Assembly (NCBI GenBank): GCA_002269645.1
Contig: NIVC01001593.1
Span: 1 to 64,000, forward strand
Length of the DNA stretch: 64,000 nt
Direction: 5' to 3'
Source of the DNA: Macrostomum lignano
Taxonomy: Eukaryota
Of the stretch, positions 43,411 to 55,600 are shown one piece after another (the stretch's first letter is position 1; every line of letters begins with the position of its first letter). The notes beneath the pieces are model-generated. The model did no database searches. It had not been told where the DNA came from and worked only from the letters and a program-made list of their open reading frames with translations. Made by a program: the position numbers and the translations under genes.

Positions 43411-44974
43411 ATGGCAGAGGAGGGAGAGAAGAAGGCTGAAGAAAGTCGCCGCGTGCATACATATCCTCTTGTTCGAGTAAGAAATATTTGTGTTTGAATT
43501 ACACATCTTTTATTTTGTCTATATTTTTAATTATATTTTTCTTTCTACAGGTGGCTGATATTGAGATTTTGTTCTAGATTAAAATTTAAGACGATGTGAT
43601 AAGATTCGGGACGAGATGCTTCTAATATTTAGACTTCTTAAGATATGTTTTAGCAGTCTTTATATGCTTCTATACGGATACGGCACTGCCGGATCCCTAG
43701 CTGTTAGAAAACTGGTTCCGGTGCCGGAACTCTAGCCATTACTTTTAAGGCAAAGACTAGGAAAATTAGAAAATCAATAATAATTTATCTTTAAAGCACA
43801 AGATACGAGTATTCTTTTAATCATTTTTTGTTTTCTGCTATAAGTATAAAAGAAAAGTAGCTATAACATTCACTTCACTTGATTGGTGCAATAAATTTGT
43901 AAAAACATTTAAAGATAGCAATAGAACACATTGTTAATCTACTTTTAAATATTTAAAATGTAGATGTTTTAAACTTATAAACTTTAGTACATGAAGTTTA
44001 TATTTTTTCTATTCATTTTTTTGTTTTGGCCTAATCATAGAAACTTAAAAAGTACAGAACAAAAAACATCTTATTTGGTTATGCTAATTGTATACATTAT
44101 ATATTGTATAATGTATATTGTATAATGTATTGTGTAAAATGTAATGTATTGTATATTGTATATCTTATTTTGATTTTAGATATTAGATTGTTGATTTTAC
44201 AGTCAAGTTATCTAATTTTATGTATTAAAGTTATTATTGAACAGCTTTATCAAGTGGAACCTCCCAGGTGCCAAGTTAGCACTATGAGATATCTTTTTTT
44301 GAACCTATTTTGAATATAATATAAATATAAATATTATAATATATTATTATTATTAATATATTATAATATAATATTTTGAACCTATTTTGAACCTAATTAA
44401 CAATAATAATTAAATGAATGCAAGTGCTTAATTATTATGATAATAACCTGTTCAACTTTCTGCTTCAATGTATTGTTTGCTGAATTGTTGCCTTTTTCAA
44501 ATTTCTGGGACCATCAATAAAAATTTATAGATTAATTATGTTAAATTTTATTGTTTGATAGTTTCAATTTGTTTTATCAGATCTTCGGAATTAATTTCCC
44601 ATTCAAACACACAATTTTACTCTTGAACAATCTCTTCCCTCTTACGCAGTATTCCGACATGAACGAAGAAATGCGAACAGAAGCAATGGAGCTCTGCGTT
44701 ACCGCGTGCGAAAAATTCGCATCAAACAACGAGGTAAAGATTCTCTGCTCGCCTACTAATGAGTAGTGCAATAGGAATATAATATACGCTTCGAAATATC
44801 CTTCCACAGTCGGCAGCACGCATGATCAAGGACAGCATGGACAAGAAGTTCGGGCCGGCCTGGCACGCGGTAGTCGGCGAAGGCTACGGATTCGAGATCA
44901 CGCACGAGTTGAAAAACCTCATGTACATGTTCTTCGGCGGCAACATGGCCATAATTCTGTGGAAATGCGCGTGA
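43411..44974 (+). CDS. DNAL4: Dynein axonemal light chain 4 (LC8 family), 104 aa
   Basis: Exons 43411-43476, 44650-44733, 44810-44974, all phase 0: MAEEGEKKAEESRRVHTYPLVR/YSDMNEEMRTEAMELCVTACEKFASNNE/SAARMIKDSMDKKFGPAWHAVVGEGYGFEITHELKNLMYMFFGGNMAIILWKCA. Confidence 0.95.
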
Positions 44975-45469
44975 CTGTTATGAAAAGGCCGCACCGCAAC
45001 TCTTTACTGCGTGCTACAATTTTGATTTCTGTTGATGTGAAGACTTCTGTGATCTGTATTTTGCTACATGAGAGACGCATAGGTACTGCTTTGCCTTAAT
45101 TTGTTTTTTTGCTTTCCGTTTTACTTGCAGACATGTATCCGATGCATGTGAAAATATTCGAGGGAATTTTCCCTCTAAATACTGGTTTTATAACAATTTT
45201 GCTCTTAAACTGCAAGATGCTAACTTATGCTAAGAACCCTGGCAGACAAATTTATCAATATATTGCAGTAAAGCTTGCTCGGTCGGGAGTCTCTAACGAA
45301 TACACTTGGGTGTTCACATGTAAACGATGTGGTGACAGCAGCTTTGTAATAATTTTTTTTCAGTTTGTCGCGATTTCGGCTGCACTGCCCCGTGGGACAG
45401 TGCAGCCCTCATCTCGATATTAAAAGCCTCTGATCAGCTCTCAGTTAATCCTCAACTCAATATAAAAAT

Positions 45470-47600
45470 TCCTATCATCTAATCTCTAGCCTTTCCCCTT
45501 TTGCTGTACATCTCTCCTCTCTGATCTAATATTCAGCCTTCCCCTCTCTCCCATAGATCTCTCTCCTCTCTGATCTAATCTCCAGCCTTCCCCTCTCTCC
45601 CGTAGATCTCTCTCCTCTCTGATCTAATCTTCAGCCTTCCGGTCCCATAGATCTCGCTCCTCTCTGATCTAATCACTAGCCTTTCCATCTTTCCTCTTTG
45701 ATTAATCTCCAGCCTTCCCCTCTCTCCCGTAGATCTCTCTCCTCTCTGATCTAATCTCCAGCCTTCCCCTCTCTCCCATAGATCTCTCTCCTCTCTGATC
45801 TAATCTCCAGCCTTCCCCTCTCTCCCATAGATCTCTCTCCTCTCTGATCTAATCTCCAGCCTTCCCCTCTCTCCCATAGATCTCTCTCCTCTCTGATCTA
45901 ATCTCCAGCCTTCCCCTCTCTCCCGTAGATCTCTCTCCTCTCTGATCTAATCTTCAGCCTTCCGGTCCCATAGATCTCGCTCCTCTCTGATCTAATCACT
46001 AGCCTTTCCATCTTTCCTCTCTGATTAATCTCCAGCCTTCCCCTCTCTCCCGTAGATCTCTTTCCTCTCTGATCTCTGATCTCTGATCTAATCTCCAGCC
46101 TTCCCCTCTCTCCCGTAGATCTCTCTCCTCCCTGATCTAATCTCCAGCCTTCCCCCCTCTCCCGTAGATCTCTCTCCTCCCTGATCTAATCTCCAGCCTT
46201 CCCCTCTCTCCCATAGATCTCTCTCCTCCCTGATCTAATCTCCAGCCTTCCTTGCTCTCCCATAGATCTCTCTCCTCCGTGATCTAATCTTCAGCTTTCC
46301 GGTCCCATAGATCTCGCTCCTCTCTGATCTAATCACTAGCCTTTCCATCTTTCCTCTCTGATTAATCTCCAGCCTTCCCCTCTCTCCCGTAGATCTCTTT
46401 CCTCTCTGATCTCTGATCTCTGATCTAATCTCCAGCCTTCCCCTCTCTCCCGTAGATCTCTCTCCTCCCTGATCTAATCTCCAGCCTTCCCCCCTCTCCC
46501 GTAGATCTCTCTCCTCCCTGATCTAATCTCCAGCCTTCCCCTCTCTCCCATAGATCTCTCTCCTCCCTGATCTAATCTCCAGCCTTCCTTGCTCTCCCAT
46601 AGATCTCTCTCCTCCGTGATCTAATCTTCAGCTTTCCGGTCCCATAGATCTCGCTCCTCTCTGATCTAATCACTAGCCTTTCCATCTTTCCTCTCTGATC
46701 TAATCTCCAGCCTTCCCCTCTCTCCCGTAGATCTCTTTCCTCTCTGATCTAATCTCCAGCCTTCCCCTCTCTCCCATAGATCTCTCTCCTCCCTGATCTA
46801 ATCTCCAGCCTTCCCCCTCTCCCGTAGATCTCTCTCCTCCCTGATCTAATCTCCAGCCTTCCGGTCCCGTTCATCTCTCTCCTCCCTGATCTAATCTCCA
46901 GCCTTCCGGTCCCGTTCATATCTCTCCTCCCTGATCTAATCTCCAGCCTTCCCCTCTCTCCCGTAGATCTCTCTCCTCTCTGATCTCTGATCTCTGATCT
47001 AATCTCCAGCCTTCCCCTCTCTCCCGTAGATCTCTCTCCTCTCTGATCTAATCTCCAGCCTTCCCCCCTCTCCCGTAGATCTCTCTCCTCCCTGATCTCT
47101 GATCTCTGATCTAATCTCCAGCCTTCCCCTCTCTCCCATAGATCTCTCTCCTCCCTGATCTAATCTCCAGCCTTCCTTGCTCTCCCATAGATCTCTCTCC
47201 TCCGTGATCTAATCTTCAGCTTTCCGGTCCCATAGATCTCGCTCCTCTCTGATCTAATCACTAGCCTTTCCATCTTTCCTCTCTGATCTAATCTCCAGCC
47301 TTCCCCTCTCTCCCATAGATCTCTCTCCTCCCTGATCTAATCTCCAGCCTTCCCCCTCTCCCGTAGATCTCTCTTCTCCCTGATCTAATCTCCAGCCTTC
47401 CGGTCCCGTTCATCTCTCTCCTCCCTGATCTAATCTCCAGCCTTCCGGTCCCGTTCATATCTCTCCTCCCTGATCTAATCTCCAGCCTTCCCCTCTCTCC
47501 CGTAGATCTCTCTCCTCCCTGATCTAATCTCCAGCCTTCCGGTCCCGTTCATCTCTCTCCTCCCTGATCTAATCTCCAGCCTTCCCCTCTGTCAGATAGA
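45470..47600. repeat. ~49-bp pyrimidine-rich minisatellite GATCTAATCTCCAGCCTTCCCCTCTCTCCC(A/G)TAGATCTCTCTCCTCTCT with higher-order variant blocks
   Basis: Directly visible; lies between the convergent DNAL4 and TBL1 3' ends. Confidence 0.95.
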
Positions 47601-48259
47601 TCTCTCTACAAAGGAGGTCAGATTGACAGCAGCAAAGCAGGGCGCGGGCGCATTGGGTGGGGTACTGACGCAATCTCCTCCCCAGTGATTGGGCGGCGGG
47701 ACGCAGTAATGCAGATTTAATAAAAACGCATCTTATTACAAACTACGTATATTTATAGTGCAGCAACGGTCACAAACAAATTATTACAATTTTAAGCACA
47801 GTTTAAATACAGTCCAATAATTACTGATGTTAAATTGTGGCGTTGCTACTGATATGAGTAGCGCTAGCTGCAGTTTGCAAATGATTTTTCAATTTAGCTC
47901 AGACTACTTCAGTTTAGAAGTGCCCTTCTATCAACATAGAAAATTCCGATCTAAATACTGTATTTTATTGACAGCTTTTACTAATCTATAAAAGTTTAGT
48001 TAATTAAAACCGAGAGCAAAATTCGAAGCAGCAATCTCAGCGACAATAAAAGCAGATTCGAAAATGTCAAAGTTATTAGTGAAACTTTTAAAAGGATAGA
48101 TTAATTTTACAAAACAATATGCTCATGAGATGAATAATAATCTATGCATACTACTAATAGGATCGATGAAGCAGTAATAAAAACTGAGTCAAAAATAAGA
48201 AGATGAAAATAAAAAACCACAGGGTAGTCAGGTCAGCTATTTTGTGCAAAACAGGTTTG

Positions 48260-49115
48260 GAGACAGATGGCAGGTGAGATGCAGACAGATGGCAGGTGAG
48301 ATGCAGACAGATGGCAGATGAGATGCAGACAGATGGCAGATGAGATGCAGACAGATGGCAGATGAGATGCAGACAGATGGCAGATGAGATGCAGACAGAT
48401 GGCAGATGAGATGCAGACAGATGGCAGATGAGATGCAGACAGATGGCAGATGAGATGCAGACAGATGGCAGGTGAGATGCAGACAGATGGCAGATGAGAT
48501 GCAGACATATGGCAGGTGAGATGCAGACAGATGGCAGATGAGATGCAGACATATGGCAGGTGAGATGCAGACATATGGCAGATGAGACGCAGACAGATGG
48601 CAGGTGAGATGCAGACAGATGGCAGATGAGATGCAGACAGATGGCAGGTGAGATGCAGACAGATGGCAGGTGAGATGCAGACAGATGGCAGGTGAGATGC
48701 AGACAGATGGCAGGTGAGATGCAGACAGATGGCAGGTGAGATGCAGACAGATGGCAGGTGAGATGCAGACAGATGGCAGGTGAGACGCAGACAGATGGCA
48801 GGTGAGATGCAGACAGATGGCAGGTGAGATGCAGACAGATGGCAGGTGAGATGCAGACAGATGGCAGGTGAGACGCAGACAGATGGCAGGTGAGACGCAG
48901 ACAGATGGCAGGTGAGATGCAGACAGATGGCAGGTGAGATGCAGACAGATGGCAGGTGAGACGCAGACAGATGGCAGGTGAGATGCAGACAGATGGCAGG
49001 TGAGATGCAGACAGATGGCAGGTGAGATGCAGACAGATGGCAGGTGAGATGCAGACAGATGGCAGGTGAGACGCAGACAGATGGCAGGTGAGACGCAGAC
49101 AGATGGCAGGTGAAA
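48260..49115. repeat. 22-bp minisatellite GCAGACAGATGGCAGGTGAGAT
   Basis: About 38 units visible. Confidence 0.97.
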
Positions 49116-49616
49116 TGTAGACAGAGATACAGAGCTATGAACAGAAGCACAACAGACGCAGACAATTAAAAGTAATTAAGCAATAAAATATGCACCAGTG
49201 CTATAAAGTGCACAGTGCGTAAACAATGACTAGTTAAAACTCGTAAGTTACTATAGTTAATTAAACAATACAAACAAACAAACAAAACGACAGAGCAGAA
49301 TTTTACTTATATATTTGAGTCAAACAGCACTAATTTTGTTTAGATGGAAACTAATAAAAAAGTGAATCTATTTTCACACGTTAATTGCATAAAATTATTA
49401 GTACTTTACTTAAAGTAGAGACTAAGCAGTAAAAACATTATTGCTTTCCACTTAAAACCTATTGACGGAGCACAGTATTATAATAACAATTAATCCATAT
49501 AGAGATGCATAATTAGCCTTATTAACAATCAATAATTTTACAGTTCAGTAAAAGCACCAAAAGTTTCACTTCTTGAGTTAAAACTTAAATACGATGTCAG
49601 TCAGCTGTGGCTCCCC

Positions 49617-52600
49617 TCACATCATGCGCAGGTCGAGTATCACCACCTGAAACATAGTGGCAAAAGAAAAGTTCTTTAAACCTACACGTATTGGTACAGA
49701 AGCACTTTTATGCTTTAACTGGCGACTAGTATTGAGATAATTTTAATCTACGGGTATATTAGTACATTACAAGCACTTTTAACGGACAACTGTTTATACA
49801 CAAAAACATTTAACATAAAGCATTGATTTACAAGTACTTTTATCCTAGTAGCAACAGTACACGTGTACTTAGAAATATTAGTACACATGTACTTTTAACC
49901 CAGGTGCAATAGTACACACGTACTTTTAACCCAGGTGCATTAGTACACATGTACTTTTAACCCAGGTGGATTAGTACAGATGTACTTTTAACCCATGTGC
50001 ATTAGTACACATGCACTTTTAAGCAGAGTAAAGACAGCAACTGCGGGTTGCGCAGGCAAGTCTTACCGTGCCATCGGCAGCGCTGGCCCCCACCCGGTCG
50101 CCTGTGCTGTTCCAGCAGACCTCGAATATGCCGCCGGTGCCTTGGTATTTGTGCACCAGAGTGCCGCTCTGCAAGTTGTTTTATAAAAGATTGAGCATTG
50201 AGCACAAAACATTCAACAAGCAGATCCCAAAAGGCTCACCTCGATGCTCCAGATGTGGACGCACTTATCGAAGCTGCCGGAGGCCAAGTAGCGACCGCAG
50301 GGTGAAAATGCGACGCTGTAGACTGGCTCGCGATGGTTGCAGAACACCTGAGCGCAGGCACCGGCCTCCACGTCCCATAGGCGCACTGTGGCATCAAAGC
50401 TGGCGCTGGTTTGGGCATTGGATTATGAGATGGATTAGCGAGTAGTTGGCGGGATGCTTGAGACAAACCTGAGGATCAGGGAGGCTGGCTGCTCAGCATG
50501 AGGATCTGGGAGGCTGGCTGCTCAGCCTGAGGATCTGGGAGGCTGGCTGCTCAGCCTGAGGATCTGGGAGGCTGGCTGCTCAGTCTGAGGATCTGGGAGG
50601 CTGGCTGCTCAGCCTGAGGATCTGGGAGGCTGGCTGCTCAGTCTGAGGATCTGGGAGGCTGGCTGCTCAGCATGAGGATCTGGGAGGCTGGCTGCTCAGC
50701 ATGAGGATCTAGGAGGCTGGCTGCTCAGTCTGAGGATCTGGGAGGCTGGCTGCTCAGCCTGAGGATCTGGGAGGCTGGCTGCTCAGCCTGAGGATCTGGG
50801 AGGCTGGCTGCTCAGCCTGAGGATCTAGGAGGCTGGCTGCTCAGCCTGAGGATCTGGGAGGCTGGCTGCTCAGTCTGAGGATCTGGGAGGCTGGCTGCTC
50901 AGCCTGAGGATCTGGGAGGCTGGCTGCTCAGCCTGAGGATCTGGGAGGCTGGCTGCTCAGTCTGAGGATCTGGGAGGCTGGCTGCTCAGTCTGAGGATCT
51001 GGGAGGCTGGCTGCTCAGCATGAGGATCTGGGAGGCTGGCTGCTCAGCATGAGGATCTAGGAGGCTGGCTGCTCAGTCTGAGGATCTGGGAGGCTGGCTG
51101 CTCAGCATGAGGATCTGGGATGTTGACGGTAGCCCAGCAACTGAGGATTTACAGCATCAAACGAGACCCAGCATTGCGGACATACCTGGCCAGATAGAGG
51201 TTGGCATTGGGATTCCTCGTATTGTATCCGGTGGGGCTCCACTTAATAGTATAGATCTCCTTCTGGTGGGCCTTGAAGTCGTGCACAAGGGAGCCGCGGT
51301 CGACAGACCAGAGTTTCAACGTCATGTCATCAGAGCAGGAGGCCAGCAGCTGGCCGCGGGGATCCCACTTGATAGCGTTGACTTCGTTGGAGTGGCCGCG
51401 AAACGTTTTGATTGGAGAGTCGGAGCCGAGGCGGCACACTTGGATGCTCTGATCGGTGGAGCAGCTGGCAAAGGTCTCATTGTCTTTCCAGTCGACATCC
51501 AGTGCGGGAGCTGGGCTCGGGCAGGTTAGCGGTGGCGGCAGCTTAGAATAGGGCTTTGGCTACTTTTTTGATAATCTTAAATAAGTATAGATTTATTAAT
51601 CTGCCGAGCTCACCGGTGTGAAAGCTGAACTGCTGCTGCGCTTGGCCGGAGATTGCGTCCCAGATAATGGTGGTCTGGGGAGGGTTCAGCCGGATAAGTG
51701 AACAGTAATTTGCCTGGTGAATATGTGAACTGATGCCACTGTGAATACGTGAACTGATGCCCCTGTGAATATGTGAACTGATGCACCTGTGAATGTGAAC
51801 TGATGCCCCTGTGAATATGTGAACTGATGCCCCTGTGAATATGTGAACTGATGCCCCTGTGAATGTGAACTGATGCCCCTGTGAATGTGAACTGATACCC
51901 CTGTGAATATGTGAACTGATGCCCCTGTGAATATGTGAACTGATGCCCCTGTGAATATGTGAACTGATGCCCAGTGAATACGTGAACTGATGCCCCTGTG
52001 AATATGTGAACTGATGCCCCTGTGAATGTGTGAACTGATGCCCCTGTGAATATGTGAACTGATGCCCCTGTGAATGTGTGAACTGATGCCCCTGTGAATA
52101 TGTGAACTGATGCCCCTGTGAATATGTGAACTGATGCCCCTGTGAATATGTGAACTGATGCCCCTGTGAATATGTGAACTGATGCCCCTGTGAATATGTG
52201 AACTGATGCCCCTGTGAATATGTGAACTGATGCCCCTGTGAATATGTGAACTGATGCCCCTGTGAATATGTGAACTGATGCCCCTGTGAATATGTGAACT
52301 GATGCCCCTGTGAATATGTGAACCGATGCCCCTGTGAATACGTGAACTGATGCCCCTGTGAATACGTGAACTGATGCCCCTGTGAATACGTGAACGGATG
52401 CCCTAGTGAATACGTGAACGGATGCCCTAGTGAATACGTGAACGGATGCCCCTGTGAATACGTGAACGGATGCCCTAGTGAATATGTGTACGGATGCCTA
52501 ATTGAATGTGAACGGATGCCCTAGTGAATATGTGAACGGATGCCCTAGTGAATACGTGAACGGATGCCCCTGTGAATACGTGAACGGATGCCCTAGTGAA

Positions 52601-55600
52601 TATCTGAACGGATGCCTAATTGAATGTGAACGGATGCCCGATTAAAATATGTGAACATAAAGCTGTGAGAATCGAGAACACATGTGCCGCTCAAGTATAA
52701 TAAATTAATCTAAAAATGTCAACGCACCTTGTCCACACCGGCGCTCAATACACAGGTGCCCGCTTTGTTCCACTTCAGTGCAAAGATCGGTCCCTTGTGC
52801 TGGCCCAGGGTGCACAGCAGGGTGCCTGAAAATATGGCCGGAGAAACGAGGGTGACACGATGTACTTCTTTAGACCAACGCTTGAAAGACTAAAAAATCC
52901 ATGTCTCACCATCGGTGGACCAGAGTCGAGCGAAGCCGTCGTAAGATCCCGTAGCTAGGCGGTTTCCATCGCACTGAAATGCCGGTTCATTATCACGCGG
53001 TCAGAGAGCGATTCTCCCTGTGGGTGAGAGGGCGATTCTCAATATGGGTGAGAGGGAGGGTGATTCTCAGTGTGGGTGAGAGGGAGGGCGATTCTCAGTG
53101 TGGGTGAGAGGGAGGGCGATTCTCAATGTGGGTGAGAGGGCGATTCTCAGTGTGGGTGGGAGGGCGATTCTCAATGTGGGTGAGAGGGCGATTCTCAGTG
53201 TGGGTGAGAGGGAGGGCGATTCTCAGTGTGGGTGAGAGGGCGATTCTCAGTGTGGGTGAGAGGGCGATTCTCAGTGTGGGTGAGAGGGCGATTCTCAGTG
53301 TGGGTGAGAGGGCGATTCTCAGTGTGGGTGAGAGGGCGATTCTCAATATGGGTGAGAGGGAGGGCGATTCTCAATGTGGGTGAGAGGGCGATTCTCAGTG
53401 TGGGTGAGAGGGCGATTCTCAGTGTGGGTGAGAGGGTGATTCTCAGTGTGGGTGAGAGGGTGATTCTCAGTGTGGGTGAGAGGGAGGGCGATTCTCAGTG
53501 TGGGTGAGAGGGTGATTCTCAGTGTGGGTGAGAGGGAGGGCGATTCTCAGTGTGGGTGAGAGGGCGATTCTCAGTGTGGGTGAGAGGGCGATTCTCAATA
53601 TGGGTGAGAGGGAGGGTGATTCTCAGTGTGGGTGAGAGGGCGATTCTCAGTGTGGGTGAGAGGGCGATTCTCAATATGGGTGAGAGGGAGGGCGATTCTC
53701 AGTGTGGGTGAGAGGGCGATTCTCAGTGTGGGTGAGAGGGCGATTCTCAGTGTGGGTGAGAGGGCGATTCTCAGTGTGGGTGAGAGGGCGATTCTCAGTG
53801 TGGGTGAGAGGGCGATTCTCAGTGTGGGTGAGAGGGAGGGCGATTCTCAATGTGGGTGAGAGGGCGATTCTCAGTGTGGGTGAGAGGGCGATTCTCAATA
53901 TGGGTGAGAGGGAGGGTGATTCACAATGTGGGTGAGAGGGCGATTCTCAGTGTGGGTGAGAGGGCGATTCTCAGTGTGGGTGAGAAGGCGATTCTCAGTG
54001 TGGGTGAGAGGGAGGGCGATTCTCAGTGTGGGTGAGAGGGAGGGCGATTCTCAGTGTGGGTGAGAGGGCGATTCACAGTGTGGGTGAGAGGGCGATTCTC
54101 AATATGGGTGAGAGGGAGGGCGATTCTCAATGTGGGTGAGAGGGCGATTCTCAGTGTGGGTGAGAGGGAGGGTGATTCTCAGTGTGGGTGAGAGGGCGAT
54201 TCTCAGTGTGGGTGAGAGGGCGATTCTCAATATGGGTGAGAGGGAGGGCGATTCTCAGTGTGGGTGAGAGGGCGATTCTCAGTGTGGGTGAGAGGGCGAT
54301 TCTCAGTGTGGGTGAGAGGGCGATTCTCAGTGTGGGTGAGAGGGCGATTCTCAGTGTGGGTGAGAGGGCGATTCTCAGTGTGGGTGAGAGTGAGGGCGAT
54401 TCTCAATGTGGGTGAGAGGGCGATTCTCAGTGTGGGTGAGAGGGCGATTCTCAATATGGGTGAGAGGGAGGGCGATTCTCAGTGTGGGTGAGAGGGCGAT
54501 TCTCAGTGTGGGTGAGAGGGCGATTCTCAGTGTGGGTGAGAGGGCGATTCTCAGTGTGGGTGAGAGGGCGATTCTCAGTGTGGGTGAGAGGGCGATTCTC
54601 AATATGGGTGAGAGGGAGGGCGATTCTCAGTGTGGGTGAGAGGGCGATTCACAGTGTGGGTGAGAGGGCGATTCTCAATATGGGTGAGAGGGAGGGCGAT
54701 TCTCAGTGTGGGTGAGAGGGCGATTCTCAGTGTGGGTGAGAGGGCGATTCTCAATATGGGTGAGAGGGAGGGCGATTCTCAGTGTGGGTGAGAGGGCGAT
54801 TCTCAGTGTGGGTGAGAGGGCGATTCTCAGTGTGGGTGAGAGGGCGATTCTCAGTGTGGGTGAGAGGGCGATTCTCAGTGTGGGTGAGAGGGCGATTCTC
54901 AGTGTGGGTGAGAGGGCGATTCTCAGTGTGGGTGAGAGGGAGGGCGATTCTCAATGTGGGTGAGAGGGCGATTCTCAGTGTGGGTGAGAGGGCGATTCTC
55001 AATATGGGTGAGAGGGAGGGCGATTCTCAGTGTGGGTGAGAGGGCGATTCTCAGTGTGGGTGAGAGGGCGATTCTCAGTGTGGGTGAGAGGGCGATTCTC
55101 AGTGTGGGTGAGAGGGCGATTCTCAGTGTGGGTGAGAGGGAGGGCGATTCTCAATGTGGGTGAGAGGGCGATTCTCAGTGTGGGTGAGAGGGAGGGTGAT
55201 TCTCAGTGTGGGTGAGAGGGCGATTCTCAGTGTGGGTGAGAGGGAGGGCGATTCTCAGTGTGGGTGAGAGGGCGATTCTCAGTGTGGGTGAGAAGGCGAT
55301 TCTCAGTGTGGGTGAGAGGGAGGGCGATTCTCAGTGTGGGTGAGAGGGAGGGCGATTCTCAGTGTGGGTGAGAGGGCGATTCACAGTGTGGGTGAGAGGG
55401 CGATTCTCAATATGGGTGAGAGGGAGGGCGATTCTCAATGTGGGTGAGAGGGCGATTCTCAGTGTGGGTGAGAGGGAGGGTGATTCTCAGTGTGGGTGAG
55501 AGGGCGATTCTCAGTGTGGGTGAGAGGGCGATTCTCAATATGGGTGAGAGGGAGGGCGATTCTCAGTGTGGGTGAGAGGGCGATTCTCAGTGTGGGTGAG

